Below the pieces are notes generated by a model that saw nothing but the letters and a program-made list of their open reading frames with translations, was not told where the DNA came from and ran no database searches. A stretch of 64,000 nt of DNA from Planctomycetota bacterium (lineage in GTDB: Bacteria; Planctomycetota; PUPC01; DSUN01). The stretch lies in the NCBI GenBank assembly GCA_035527715.1, contig DATKZY010000187.1:49388-113387 (forward strand). The letters run 5' to 3'. Positions within the stretch are counted from its first letter, which is position 1. Each line of letters opens with the position of its first letter. This document shows, piece by piece, positions 36,167-45,187 of the stretch. Position numbers and translations under genes: made by a program.

Positions 36167-37525
36167 ATGCGCGTGACGCTGGTGCAACCCGACACGGGCG
36201 GGAGCTATCCGCCGCTGAGCCTGGGCTACCTGGCGGCCTATGCCGCCGCGCGGGGCCACGAGGCGCGGATTCTCGACCTCCAGGTGCCCGCGCAGCGCGA
36301 GCGCTGGGAAGAGCTTCTCGTCGAGGCTCGGCCCGACCTCGTCGGCTTCACGGCCCTCACGCCGAGCATTCGCCAGGCGGGTGAGCTGGCCGCCCGCGCC
36401 CGCGAGCTTCTCCCCAGCGCGAAGCTCATCGTCGGCGGATTTCACGCCTCGATGGAGCCTGAACAGACGCTTCGCGACTATCCCGCCTTCGACTACCTGT
36501 GCATTGGCGAAGGCGAGGAAACGCTGGCCGAGCTGTGCGGGCGGCTCCAGGACGGCCAGTCGCCGGAAGGCATCGCGGGCCTCGCGTGGCGGAAGGGCGA
36601 GGCCGTCGAGCTCGGGCCGCCGCGGGGCCGGATCGCCGACCTCGATCTTCTGCCGAGCCCCCATGGCTTCTACGGCCTCGAGCACTACCTCGAATCGGGC
36701 AGTTTCACCTACCAGTATGGCTATCGCTGCGCGTCGGTCATCGCGTCGCGGGGTTGCCCGTTTCGCTGCCGGTTCTGCTCGATTCCGGGCAAGTACGTTC
36801 ATCAGTCGGTCGAGCGCCTGGCCGACGAGATTGCGGAGCTGCTTCGGCGGGGGGCCGACGGCGTGTTCTTCCGCGACAGCACGTTCACGATCCGGCGCGA
36901 CTGGGTGCTGGCCTTCTGCGAGGCCGTGCGCCAGCGGCGGATGCGGTTCCACTGGATCGCGAACGCGCGGCCGGACCTCGTGGACGACGAGCTGCTGGCG
37001 GCGATGAAGCGCGCGGGCTGCTTCGCCCTCTGCTACGGCGTCGAGAGCGGCCGCGACAGCGTGCTCGACTACTATGGCAAGGACCACACGGTCGAGGACA
37101 CCCGCCGCGCCGTGGCCGCGACGAAGCGCGCGGGCATTCGTGTCATCGCCTACTTCATGCTCGGCGCGCCCATCGAGACGCGGGCCGACATCGAGGCGAG
37201 CCACCAGTTCGCCCGCGAGCTGGGCGCCGAGCGCACGATCTGGAAGATCTTCGCCCCGCTCCCCGGCTGCGAGATCTACAACGAGCTGAAGGCCAAAGGC
37301 GTGAAGCTGGACTTCGATGCGATTCGCACCGACCGGGCCTCGTATCCGCTGGCAGACATGACCGAGGCGGAGATCGAGCAGCGGTTCCGCGAGCTACAGG
37401 CAGAGTTCGCCTACACCCGCGGCAGCCGCCTCCGCGTCTTCTGGCGTCAGCTTCGCCGCGTCCGCTCGCCCCGCGACGCCTGGCGCCTCGCCCGCCGGGT
37501 GGCAGCCAGGCTGCTTCGTGGGTAG
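36167..37525 (+). CDS. B12-binding domain radical SAM protein, tandem paralog of the 34571..35953 gene
   Basis: MRVTLVQPD...SRGCPFRCRFCSIPGKY. The domain order matches the upstream paralog and the two are about 50% identical by eye. Confidence 0.85.
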   Translation: MRVTLVQPDTGGSYPPLSLGYLAAYAAARGHEARILDLQVPAQRERWEELLVEARPDLVGFTALTPSIRQAGELAARARELLPSAKLIVGGFHASMEPEQTLRDYPAFDYLCIGEGEETLAELCGRLQDGQSPEGIAGLAWRKGEAVELGPPRGRIADLDLLPSPHGFYGLEHYLESGSFTYQYGYRCASVIASRGCPFRCRFCSIPGKYVHQSVERLADEIAELLRRGADGVFFRDSTFTIRRDWVLAFCEAVRQRRMRFHWIANARPDLVDDELLAAMKRAGCFALCYGVESGRDSVLDYYGKDHTVEDTRRAVAATKRAGIRVIAYFMLGAPIETRADIEASHQFARELGAERTIWKIFAPLPGCEIYNELKAKGVKLDFDAIRTDRASYPLADMTEAEIEQRFRELQAEFAYTRGSRLRVFWRQLRRVRSPRDAWRLARRVAARLLRG

Positions 37526-37630
37526 GATGGTTGGATGAATGGATGACTGGATGATTGTCAGAGGAGCCTTGCCGCCTTCCCATTCATCCATCCATCCACC
37601 CATCCATTCATCCTCCTCCAGGAGGCGCAT

Positions 37631-38647
37631 GTGAGCCGCTGGGCCAGGCAACTCGTCGTCACCGTGTCCGTCGAGCCCGACGATCCGTCGGTCGTGGGCC
37701 GGTCGGGAGCGTATCGCTCACTCGACGGGCTTGAGCGGTTCCACGAGCTGTGCCGACGCTACGGCGTGCGGCCGACGTATCTCGCCACGTACTCGGCGGC
37801 GGGGGAGACCCGGTGCGTGGACCTCTTCCGCTCCTGCGGCGACGAGGCCGAGGTCGGGGCGCACCTGCACCCCGAGGAGGTGCCGCCCATCGCCGAGGGC
37901 GAGCGTGGCAACCACACGCTGCGCCCGAGCGCGGTCGAGCCCGGCCGCCTGCGGGAAAAGCTGGCCAACCTCGTCGAGCGCGTGGCGGAGGCGGCGGGGC
38001 GGCGGCCCACCGCGTATCGCGCCGGCTTCTTCGACCTCACGCCCAGCCAGGTCGTCGCGCTTGTTGGGCTGGGGATCGAAGCCGACTCCAGCCTTGGCCC
38101 CCTGGAAAAGGTCGGCGGCAAGTACCCGTTTCTTCGCGTTCCCTTTGAGCCATACGTCGCTGACCCCGCGAACCCGTGCACAGAGGCTCACGCGTCACGC
38201 GTCACGCGTCACGCATCACTCGTCGAGGTTCCCCTCACCAGCGTCTTCCGCCGTCCTTTTCCCAGGCGGCTTTTTGGTGTATACTTCGGGATGCCGGGTG
38301 TCGTGCGAGGGGCGCTGCGCGCGCTCGGCGCCGCCGAGGTGCTGCGGTTCCGCCCGGCAGTGGCCTCCGCCGACGACTTGCTGGCCGTGTGCCGGCGCAC
38401 GGAGCGGCTGGGCGTGCCCGCGGTCATGACCATTCACTCGAACGAGTTGTGGCCGGGCACGAGCGCGGGGTCACATCTTCATTTGGCACCTGGCGGCGAA
38501 GTGCGAAATGAAGATGTGACCCCCGAGGCGGCCTGTGCCGCCTACTTCGAGCGCCTCGAGCGGGTGTTCGCGCATTGCCAGGCGGACGGCTGGGCGAGCC
38601 GCACGCTCACGGAGATCGCCCGCGCAACCCGGGGGAATGCGGGATGA
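37631..38647 (+). CDS. Polysaccharide deacetylase-like protein (LTVDTE-type paralog of 26115..27221). It carries palindromic element A4 and an in-frame GTCACGC heptamer array.
   Basis: VVTVSVEPDD...HLHPEE. Element A4 encodes GSHLHLAPGGEVRNEDVTPE. The array at 38187..38214 encodes AHASRVTRHAS. Confidence 0.65.
   Translation: MSRWARQLVVTVSVEPDDPSVVGRSGAYRSLDGLERFHELCRRYGVRPTYLATYSAAGETRCVDLFRSCGDEAEVGAHLHPEEVPPIAEGERGNHTLRPSAVEPGRLREKLANLVERVAEAAGRRPTAYRAGFFDLTPSQVVALVGLGIEADSSLGPLEKVGGKYPFLRVPFEPYVADPANPCTEAHASRVTRHASLVEVPLTSVFRRPFPRRLFGVYFGMPGVVRGALRALGAAEVLRFRPAVASADDLLAVCRRTERLGVPAVMTIHSNELWPGTSAGSHLHLAPGGEVRNEDVTPEAACAAYFERLERVFAHCQADGWASRTLTEIARATRGNAG
38187..38214. repeat. Heptanucleotide array CTCACGC GTCACGC GTCACGC ATCACTC, in-frame in a CDS
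   Basis: The same GTCACGC array recurs at 63815..63842 inside the last gene. Confidence 0.8.
38467..38523. mobile_element. Palindromic element family A, copy A4
   Basis: GGGGTCACATCTTCATTTGGCAC-11 nt-GTGCGAAATGAAGATGTGACCCC. It is nearly identical to A1. Confidence 0.8.
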
Positions 38648-39051
38648 TGGGGCCGGCGACCCACTTCTTGTTCGGCATGCTGTGCGGAGCGGCGATCGGG
38701 GGGGTGGCCGTGGCCCTGCGCCGCAGGTGGCTGGCGTGGCTGCCGGCTTTCATCCTGGCCTGCGGCTTCTGGGCCGAGATGCCCTGCCTCGTCGGCGTGC
38801 GCGACGTCGCCCACCCGCTGGCCAATGTGTTCTTCGGCTACGCCTGGCTGCATCCGTGGCTCGAGGCCGACGAGCTGACGGGCTTCTCCTTCGTCCTCGG
38901 GCTGGCGAACCTGATGATGCTGGCCTGCGTGGTCTTCCTGTACCGGTTCTTCGCCGCGGTGGACTTGGTGCGGTGGGAACGCGAGGAGCCTCCGCGCGAG
39001 CGGGAGCGCTCCCGGCCGCATCGCTCCCGCCGCCATCGCGCGAGGGAGTGA
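38644..39051 (+). CDS. Small membrane protein. It is a paralog of the N-terminal domain of the downstream giant protein.
   Basis: 135 aa. It shares the conserved blocks RRRWL.WLP, ACG and ANVFF...WL with residues 1-110 of the 39059 gene. ATGATG overlaps the previous stop. Confidence 0.5.
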   Translation: MMGPATHFLFGMLCGAAIGGVAVALRRRWLAWLPAFILACGFWAEMPCLVGVRDVAHPLANVFFGYAWLHPWLEADELTGFSFVLGLANLMMLACVVFLYRFFAAVDLVRWEREEPPRERERSRPHRSRRHRARE

Positions 39052-39058
39052 CGCCGCC

Positions 39059-42000
39059 ATGCCGATGCCCCAGGTGCACTTCGCGGTCGGCATGGGAGCG
39101 GCCTCGCTGCTGGGCGTGCCGCTGCTCGTGCTGCGCCGGCGCTGGCTCCTGTGGCTGCCGCTCGTCATGACCGCGTGCGGCGCGCTGGCGCTGGTGCCCG
39201 ACGTGGTAGCGCGGGGCAGGGACTTCCTGCCCGGGCCCGCGGCCGAGCGGGGGCGCACGCACACCCCCGCGGCCAACGTGTTCTTCCTGCACACGTGGCT
39301 CGACCGGCAGCCGGCCCTCTACGCGCCGGCCGTGGCCGACCTGGCGTTCCAGGCCGTGGCGCTGATGTACCTGGCCTCCGCCATCGGCTATGCGGCCTTC
39401 CTCCGCTGGGGGCTCCCTCGGATGGCCGAAGCGGGGGAGGCGTTAGCGCGGCTGCGGCGCGAGACGGCGAGCTATCGCCCCGTGGCCGCCCTGCTCGGCC
39501 TGCTGCCGCTCGTGGTGGCCGGCGCGGCGGCGGTGTGGACGCTGTGGCCCAAACGCCCCGCGGGCGCGCCCGCCCAGGGGCAGGAGGCGCTCGACCCCGC
39601 GCAGTGGGCGCAACTTGTCTCGCGGCGCCTCGGCGTCGCGGTCGGCCAGCGCCTCGGCGTCGTCCATTCGACATGGGACAGCCATGGGGCCTGGCTGTGC
39701 GGCGACCTGGGGGCGAGGGTGTCGCCCGACGCGCCGGGCGCCGCCGAGCTCGTCGAGCGCGCGAAGGCCAATGGCTGCGATTTCGTGGCGTTGCTGGACG
39801 GCGCGAGCCCTGACGACCTTGCCGCGGCGCGACAGAAGCACCCCGACATGGCCCTCCTGGCGGGCCTGGTGTGGGACGCGCCGACGAGGCGGGGGGCCGA
39901 GCGAGCCATCGTGCTGGTGCCGCCGCAAGCGCGCGAGGCCGCGGTGCTGGCCGACTTCCGCCGGCAGTTCGCCGGCCCGGGCGGATCGGCAGAGGATGCC
40001 CTGCGATGGCTCGACGCCCACGGCGCCTCGCCCAAGGCACAGCCCGTGGTCCTGGCGGCACAGGCTTCCAGCCTGTGGGCCACAGGCAAGATGCCTGTGC
40101 CACCGGGCAGCGGGGAGGGCTGGCCGGATCTCTTCTCGTGGCGGCGGACGAATGGGCTGTTCATCGGCTTCCTCGGCCTTCCGGGCGCCGAACGCCTGTC
40201 CGCCCGCGAGGCCCGCAGCCAGTGGGACCCCCGCGTGGCCGCCGTGGGGGGCATGTGGGACAGGTTCCTGGACGGGGGCTTCCGGCTCTGGGGCGCGGCC
40301 GCGGCATCCGGCTTCCAGGACCCTGCCCGGCAGTTCTGGCCGGGCGAGTTCGCCCGCACCCACGTGTGGTGCCGCGGGCGCGCCGCGGAGGACGTGTTGG
40401 GCGGCCTCCGGGACGGGTGCTTCTGGGCCGTCGAGGGCGCGGTCGTGCGCGCGCTGGACTTCGGGGTCAACGCCCCGACGCTCGAGCGGCCCGCGCGGAT
40501 GGGCGAGGTGGCCCGCGTGGCGCCGGGCGACGAGGTGACCGTGGAGCTGGCCCTGGACGTGCCGCCCACCGACTTCGCCGGGCGCCCGAGCCAGCTCGAC
40601 GAGGTGGAGCTGGTCTCGAACTTCGGCGGCGAGGCCGAGGTCGTCGCGCGGTTCCGCAACGTGCACGACGTGCGCCGCCTCGAGCACCGCCTGCCGCCGG
40701 CCCAGGACGCCAACGGCGGCCTCGGCTTCTACGTGCGCGCCCGAGGCTCCCGCCGCGTGGATGCGGGAGCGCGGCTGTTCTTCTACACGAACCCCATCCG
40801 CGTCCTCGTGCGGCCGGGGCTGGCGCCGCCGGCGCCGCCGGGCGCGGCCCCCGTCCGCGTGGCCTCGGCGCACCGCCCCGTCGAGCCCGCGCCGCCGAAG
40901 CCCAAGACGGCGACGCCCGTAGCGCCGCCGCCCGAGGACGACGTGCGGGCGCGGCTCGCCGCCGTCGGCCTGCCGGCCGGCGTGAGCCCCGTGTGCGTCG
41001 AAACGTTTCAGAAGCCGCCCGGGCGCCAGTGGCTTGGCGCCCACGTGAGCATCATCGGCGACCGCGGCCCGGCCCTGGGCGACGAGGAGCTGCGCGTCGA
41101 GCTCCTCCAGCGCATCCCCCTTGGCGAGGCCACCCGACTGTTCTTCCGGTGCTACGCCTTGGACTGTGCCCGGCTGACGCTTGTCGCGCGCCCCGGCGGC
41201 GGAGCGGCCGCCTGCCAGGCCGTCCGCGAGCTCCCCGAGCGTCAGTGGGTCGAGTTCGACCTCTCGCTCGGCGACGACTTCCTGCCCCTGCGCGGGACCT
41301 CGGGCCGCCTGGGGCCGCCGGGCGAGGTCCAGGCCCTCGAGTGGGCTGGCGCCCGCCTCGGGCCGCTCTCGCGCTTCTACGTGACCGATGTCGTCGTCTA
41401 CGAGCCCACGCCTGCCAGCCGCCAGGGGCTGGCCCTGAAGCAAGCGGTGGACCTGGACGCGGCGCTGCGCGAGACGGCGGGCCGAGGGGCGACCGCAGCC
41501 ATGCAGCAACGGGCCCAGGCCGCCCTGGACCGCCTCGCCGCCTGGCGCGCGCGGCTCGACCCCAGACGAGGGCCACCGACGCCCGACGAACTGGCCGCCG
41601 TCCGCCGCGACCTGGCCGAGTTGGCCGCCGAGAGCCGTTGTCTTGGCTGGCAGGCCGCCATGACTCGCACCTTCCGCCTCGGCGACCCCAGGTTCGCCGT
41701 CACCCTCGCCGCCCCCGGCCAGCGCATCTCGGCGCGCAACCCCGCGCTCAACCCGTCGCCACAGATCGCCCGCTCGTGGGACCTGGCCGCCGCCGGCGCC
41801 GAGGCCGAGAGCGTCCAGATCGTCGTCATCGCCCTCTGGGACAGGCTCGAGGCCGTCGCCGTCGGCGTCTCGCCGTTCGTCCCTGTGGCTCGGGATGGGG
41901 CCGAGGGCCCGCCCGGCGGCGAGCGGGCCGCCACGCTGCCGACCTCGCTTGCCCTCGTGGGCGAGGCGATGGTGCGCCCAGGCCCCCTCCTCGCCCCCGA

Positions 42001-43882
42001 GCAGGCGGGGTGGATGCCCGACCCGTTGCTGCCGTTCCAGCTCTTCGACGTCGAGCCGGGCGAGGCCCGCTCGCTGCTTCTCACCGTGGAGGTGCCGCCC
42101 GACCTGTTGCCCGGCGAGTACGAGAGCGAGGTCACCGTGCAGCCGCGGGGCATGGAGCCCGTGCGAGTGGCGGTGCGCCTGCGCCGCTGGGGCTTCACCC
42201 TCGAGGGCCACCCCCTCGCGGTGTTCGGCCCGCTCGACGAGCGGGCGCTCAGCGCGCACTGCGCCTCCGGCAAGGCCGTTCCCCAGCCGCTTCGCCGCGC
42301 GCTCTACGAAATGCTGCTGCGCCACGGCGTGACCCCGGTGCCCCTGCTCGGCGGCGACGAGGCGGCGGACCTCGAGGAGGCCCTCTTCTGCCTCGAGGCC
42401 GGCGCGGGCGTAGTGGTCCTGCGCGAGGCTGCCTCCGTGGCCCCCGGGCCGCGGGAGGCCGACGTGGCTCGCGCCGCGCGCTGTGCCGACAGGATTCGCG
42501 AGGCCGGCTGGGGGCGCCGCGGCGCGCTCCTCCTGCCCCTGGCGCCCGACGCCGAGAGGGAGCGCTCCCGGATGGCCGCCTTCGCCCGCACCCTCGCCCG
42601 CGAGCACCCGGCGCTCCTGCTCCTCGCGGGGGGCGACAGCGACCCGCCCCTCGACCTGGTGACCCACGTGTGGCGCCGTCCCCTGGGCGCCGACCCGCCG
42701 CGCCGGCCCCACGACAACGACGTGGATGTCCGCCTCTCCCGCACCGCCCGCCGCGAGGGCTGGGAGCTTGTCGCCGGCTCGCCCGAATCCCCCGTGCCCG
42801 GTCTCCTCGTCACCAGCCCACTCCACCACGTCCGCCTCCTGCCCTGGCTCGCCTGGCAGCACGGCGTCCGAGCCCTCTTCCTCCGCGGCGTGACCCGGTG
42901 GCAGGAGGACGACGATTTGCGCGACGGCGCCCTCGTCTACCCGCTCCCTCTTCCCGCACACCCCGCTCCCGGGGGGGGAGGGTGCTGCGCCTCGCTGCGC
43001 CTCGTGGCCCTCCGCGACGGCATCGAGGACTACGCCTGCCTGCGCCTGCTCTGGGACCGCGCGCGCCTGCTGCGCGAGCGCGCCGCCGCACGACACGGGC
43101 CCCTCCTGGCCGCGGCGGAACGCCTTCTCGCCGACGCCGCCGGCGGCATCGGCACCCTCCAGCGCCCGTGCCGCGACCCACACGTGCTCGCGACCCTGCG
43201 CGCGCGGCTGGCCCGCGAGCTCGAGCGTCTCGACGCCGCCTGGTGGGCCGAGGTGGACGCCGCGAAGGACCTCCCGCCTCCGCCGCCCGCCCTCACCGCG
43301 AAGCCGGGCGACGGCCAGATCGTCCTCACCTGGGGCAGGAGCCCCGACGCCAAGGTCGTCGGCTACAACGTCTTCCGCAGCCGCGCTCCCGAGGCCGGCT
43401 TCGCGCGCCTCAACGCCCTTCCCATCGAGGGCCTCACCTACGTGGACCGCTCGGTGGCCAACGACGTCACCTACCACTACTTCCTGCGCTCGTGCCGCGA
43501 CGGGCTGGTGGACGGCCCTCGGAGCGCCCTGGCCTCCGCCCAGGCCCGCCCGGCGCCGCGCATCGTGTGGCTGCCCGGCGCCACGCCCCGCCACGGCGTC
43601 GCCGGGCCCTGCCGCATCGCGCTCCGCGTCGAGGGGCCCGGCACGGCCGGCCTCCTGCCCCTCGTGCGCCCGCAGATGGACTACGCGGCCGCCGGCGCCG
43701 CGTTCGACGGCTTCGAGGACATGACGCGCCAGGACGACGGCACCTGGGCCTTCGACATTCCCGACCTCGGCTGGCGCCGCCTCGCCGGCGAGAGGCTCCG
43801 CATCCAGGCGCGCATCGTGGACCGCCAGGGCCGCGTCGTCACGCCCCCGGTCGAGCGCAGCGAAACCATCGGCGCGCCCTGA
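39059..43882 (+). CDS. Large (1607 aa) membrane-anchored multidomain protein: N-terminal membrane domain, central DUF4091-like (glycoside-hydrolase-associated) region and C-terminal fibronectin type III-like domain
   Basis: The frame is continuous with high GC3. WMPDPLLPFQLFDVEPGEARSLLLTVEVPPDLLPGEYESEVTV resembles DUF4091. The Fn3-like region is PGDGQIVLTWGRSPDAKVVGYNVFRS. A double CACAGGC hairpin is inserted in-frame at 40057..40101. Confidence 0.65.
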   Translation: MPMPQVHFAVGMGAASLLGVPLLVLRRRWLLWLPLVMTACGALALVPDVVARGRDFLPGPAAERGRTHTPAANVFFLHTWLDRQPALYAPAVADLAFQAVALMYLASAIGYAAFLRWGLPRMAEAGEALARLRRETASYRPVAALLGLLPLVVAGAAAVWTLWPKRPAGAPAQGQEALDPAQWAQLVSRRLGVAVGQRLGVVHSTWDSHGAWLCGDLGARVSPDAPGAAELVERAKANGCDFVALLDGASPDDLAAARQKHPDMALLAGLVWDAPTRRGAERAIVLVPPQAREAAVLADFRRQFAGPGGSAEDALRWLDAHGASPKAQPVVLAAQASSLWATGKMPVPPGSGEGWPDLFSWRRTNGLFIGFLGLPGAERLSAREARSQWDPRVAAVGGMWDRFLDGGFRLWGAAAASGFQDPARQFWPGEFARTHVWCRGRAAEDVLGGLRDGCFWAVEGAVVRALDFGVNAPTLERPARMGEVARVAPGDEVTVELALDVPPTDFAGRPSQLDEVELVSNFGGEAEVVARFRNVHDVRRLEHRLPPAQDANGGLGFYVRARGSRRVDAGARLFFYTNPIRVLVRPGLAPPAPPGAAPVRVASAHRPVEPAPPKPKTATPVAPPPEDDVRARLAAVGLPAGVSPVCVETFQKPPGRQWLGAHVSIIGDRGPALGDEELRVELLQRIPLGEATRLFFRCYALDCARLTLVARPGGGAAACQAVRELPERQWVEFDLSLGDDFLPLRGTSGRLGPPGEVQALEWAGARLGPLSRFYVTDVVVYEPTPASRQGLALKQAVDLDAALRETAGRGATAAMQQRAQAALDRLAAWRARLDPRRGPPTPDELAAVRRDLAELAAESRCLGWQAAMTRTFRLGDPRFAVTLAAPGQRISARNPALNPSPQIARSWDLAAAGAEAESVQIVVIALWDRLEAVAVGVSPFVPVARDGAEGPPGGERAATLPTSLALVGEAMVRPGPLLAPEQAGWMPDPLLPFQLFDVEPGEARSLLLTVEVPPDLLPGEYESEVTVQPRGMEPVRVAVRLRRWGFTLEGHPLAVFGPLDERALSAHCASGKAVPQPLRRALYEMLLRHGVTPVPLLGGDEAADLEEALFCLEAGAGVVVLREAASVAPGPREADVARAARCADRIREAGWGRRGALLLPLAPDAERERSRMAAFARTLAREHPALLLLAGGDSDPPLDLVTHVWRRPLGADPPRRPHDNDVDVRLSRTARREGWELVAGSPESPVPGLLVTSPLHHVRLLPWLAWQHGVRALFLRGVTRWQEDDDLRDGALVYPLPLPAHPAPGGGGCCASLRLVALRDGIEDYACLRLLWDRARLLRERAAARHGPLLAAAERLLADAAGGIGTLQRPCRDPHVLATLRARLARELERLDAAWWAEVDAAKDLPPPPPALTAKPGDGQIVLTWGRSPDAKVVGYNVFRSRAPEAGFARLNALPIEGLTYVDRSVANDVTYHYFLRSCRDGLVDGPRSALASAQARPAPRIVWLPGATPRHGVAGPCRIALRVEGPGTAGLLPLVRPQMDYAAAGAAFDGFEDMTRQDDGTWAFDIPDLGWRRLAGERLRIQARIVDRQGRVVTPPVERSETIGAP
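40057..40101. repeat. Palindromic element family C: GGCACAGGC-ttcca-GCCTGTGGGCCACAGGC-aagat-GCCTGTGCC, nested hairpins, in-frame in a CDS
   Basis: 24 nt are identical to 28593..28616 in the GT2 gene. It encodes [17 protein letters not shown]. Confidence 0.75.
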
Positions 43883-43955
43883 GGCCACGCCGCGCCCACC
43901 CGGCCGGGTTTCGTCGCCCCGCGCCGAAGCGCATTGTGTTCGAAGGAGTGACCCG

Positions 43956-44786
43956 ATGTCGTTCGCCCAGAAGCTCCTCGCCGCCCTCTGGCTGGCCGCC
44001 GCCGCGCTCGCCGGCGGAGTGCCCGGCCGCGAGCCGCCCCTGAACTTCCCCGACATCGTGGCGCGCGTGCGCTGCGGGATCGGCGTCGTCGGCACCTACA
44101 ACCCGGCCAAGCGCCCCTCCCTCGAATTCCACGCCTCCGGCTTCTTCCTCAGCGACAAGGGCCACTTCGTCACCGCCAACCACGTGCTCGAAACCATCGC
44201 CCAGCGCAAGCGCCTCGGCGACCTGCGCGTCTTCCTGCCCAGCGACGCCACCCGCGACGGCCACCGCGCCACCGTCGTGGCCACCGACGCCAGGCACGAC
44301 GTCGCGCTGCTCCTGGTCGAGGGCGGCGACTTCGTCCCCCTCGAGCTGGGCGACTCCGCCCGCGTCCGCGAGGGGCAGGCCATCGCCCTCACCGGCTTCC
44401 CCTTCGGCTTCTTCCTCGACCTGCACCCCTCCACCTGCGTCGGCATCATCAGCAGCATCAGCCCCATCGCCCTCCCCATGCACGGCAGCCGCCTGCCGGA
44501 TGCCGAGATGCGCGAGGCCCTGCGCAGCCCGTTCAACGTCTTCCAGCTCGACGCCACGGCCAACCCCGGCCACAGCGGCGGGCCGCTCTTCGACCCCGAG
44601 ACCGGCAAGGTCCTGGGCGTCGTCAACAGCGGCTTCATCCGCAAGACCAAGGAACAAGTCATCTCCACCGGCATCAGCTACGCCATGCCCATCCACCTCG
44701 CCAGGCCCACGCTCGACGAGGGCCTGAAGGCCAAGCCGGGCCTCCTGCCGCTGAAGGTGGGTGGCCAAGAGCCTTTGAGGAAATGA
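43956..44786 (+). CDS. Secreted trypsin-like (S1/chymotrypsin-fold) serine protease
   Basis: It has a signal peptide. The catalytic triad context is TANHV (His), DVALLLV (Asp) and GHSGGPLF (Ser). GAAGGAG is the RBS. Confidence 0.8.
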   Translation: MSFAQKLLAALWLAAAALAGGVPGREPPLNFPDIVARVRCGIGVVGTYNPAKRPSLEFHASGFFLSDKGHFVTANHVLETIAQRKRLGDLRVFLPSDATRDGHRATVVATDARHDVALLLVEGGDFVPLELGDSARVREGQAIALTGFPFGFFLDLHPSTCVGIISSISPIALPMHGSRLPDAEMREALRSPFNVFQLDATANPGHSGGPLFDPETGKVLGVVNSGFIRKTKEQVISTGISYAMPIHLARPTLDEGLKAKPGLLPLKVGGQEPLRK

Positions 44787-44935
44787 GCCGCAACCACCCA
44801 CGTTGTCATTCCGAGCTTGTCGAGGAACCTTTCAAGGGTATTGCCGCAACAGCGAGTTCTGCCTCGATCTGCGTCAGTTCCCCGCCCGAGCGTTGTGCCA
44901 GGCCTTACAGCGGCGGCGTCGAGAAAGTCACCCCG

Positions 44936-45151
44936 CCCTTGCACGCCGGCTTGCCCCTCGCCCAGGTCGCCGCGGAGTTCCTCGGCCTGGAGCGCGGCCA
45001 CACGCCCCTGGTCCCCGCCCTCGAGTGGTCGCGCACCCACGGCTCCCGCCTCGCCGTCACGTTCGACGGCGCGGCCCTGTTCCGGGGCTTCCTTGCTGCC
45101 ATAGACCAGGCCTGGTCGAAGCCATTCGAGGAACGACCGGGCGACCGTTAG
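44936..45151 (+). CDS. Hypothetical small protein. It may be a spurious ORF.
   Basis: Only the 3' 70 codons of track ORF 44783..45151 have coding-like GC3. The 5' part has low GC3 and no homology was recognised. Confidence 0.2.
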   Translation, partial: PLHAGLPLAQVAAEFLGLERGHTPLVPALEWSRTHGSRLAVTFDGAALFRGFLAAIDQAWSKPFEERPGDR

Positions 45152-45187
45152 CCTGTAGCGGGGCCGCCGGAACACTGCGACCAGAGC

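Noticed and set aside
21784-38523. Family A palindromic inserts as inteins or group I/II introns
   Set aside because: At about 57 nt they are far too small. They have no splicing-domain motifs and are nearly perfect hairpins, as MITE/RPE-type elements are.
39443-44095. 1550-aa minus-strand ORF and the 1390-aa alternative plus-frame ORF (39871..44043) overlapping the giant plus-strand gene
   Set aside because: Both are Arg/Pro/Gly/Ala-rich shadows of the real frame. The 39059 frame has balanced composition, hydrophobic TM segments and DUF4091/Fn3-like motifs.
44783-44935. 5' half of ORF 44783..45151
   Set aside because: Its GC3 is low and its codon use is atypical compared with every confident gene in the window. 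Only the 3' 70 codons look coding, and even that is weak.
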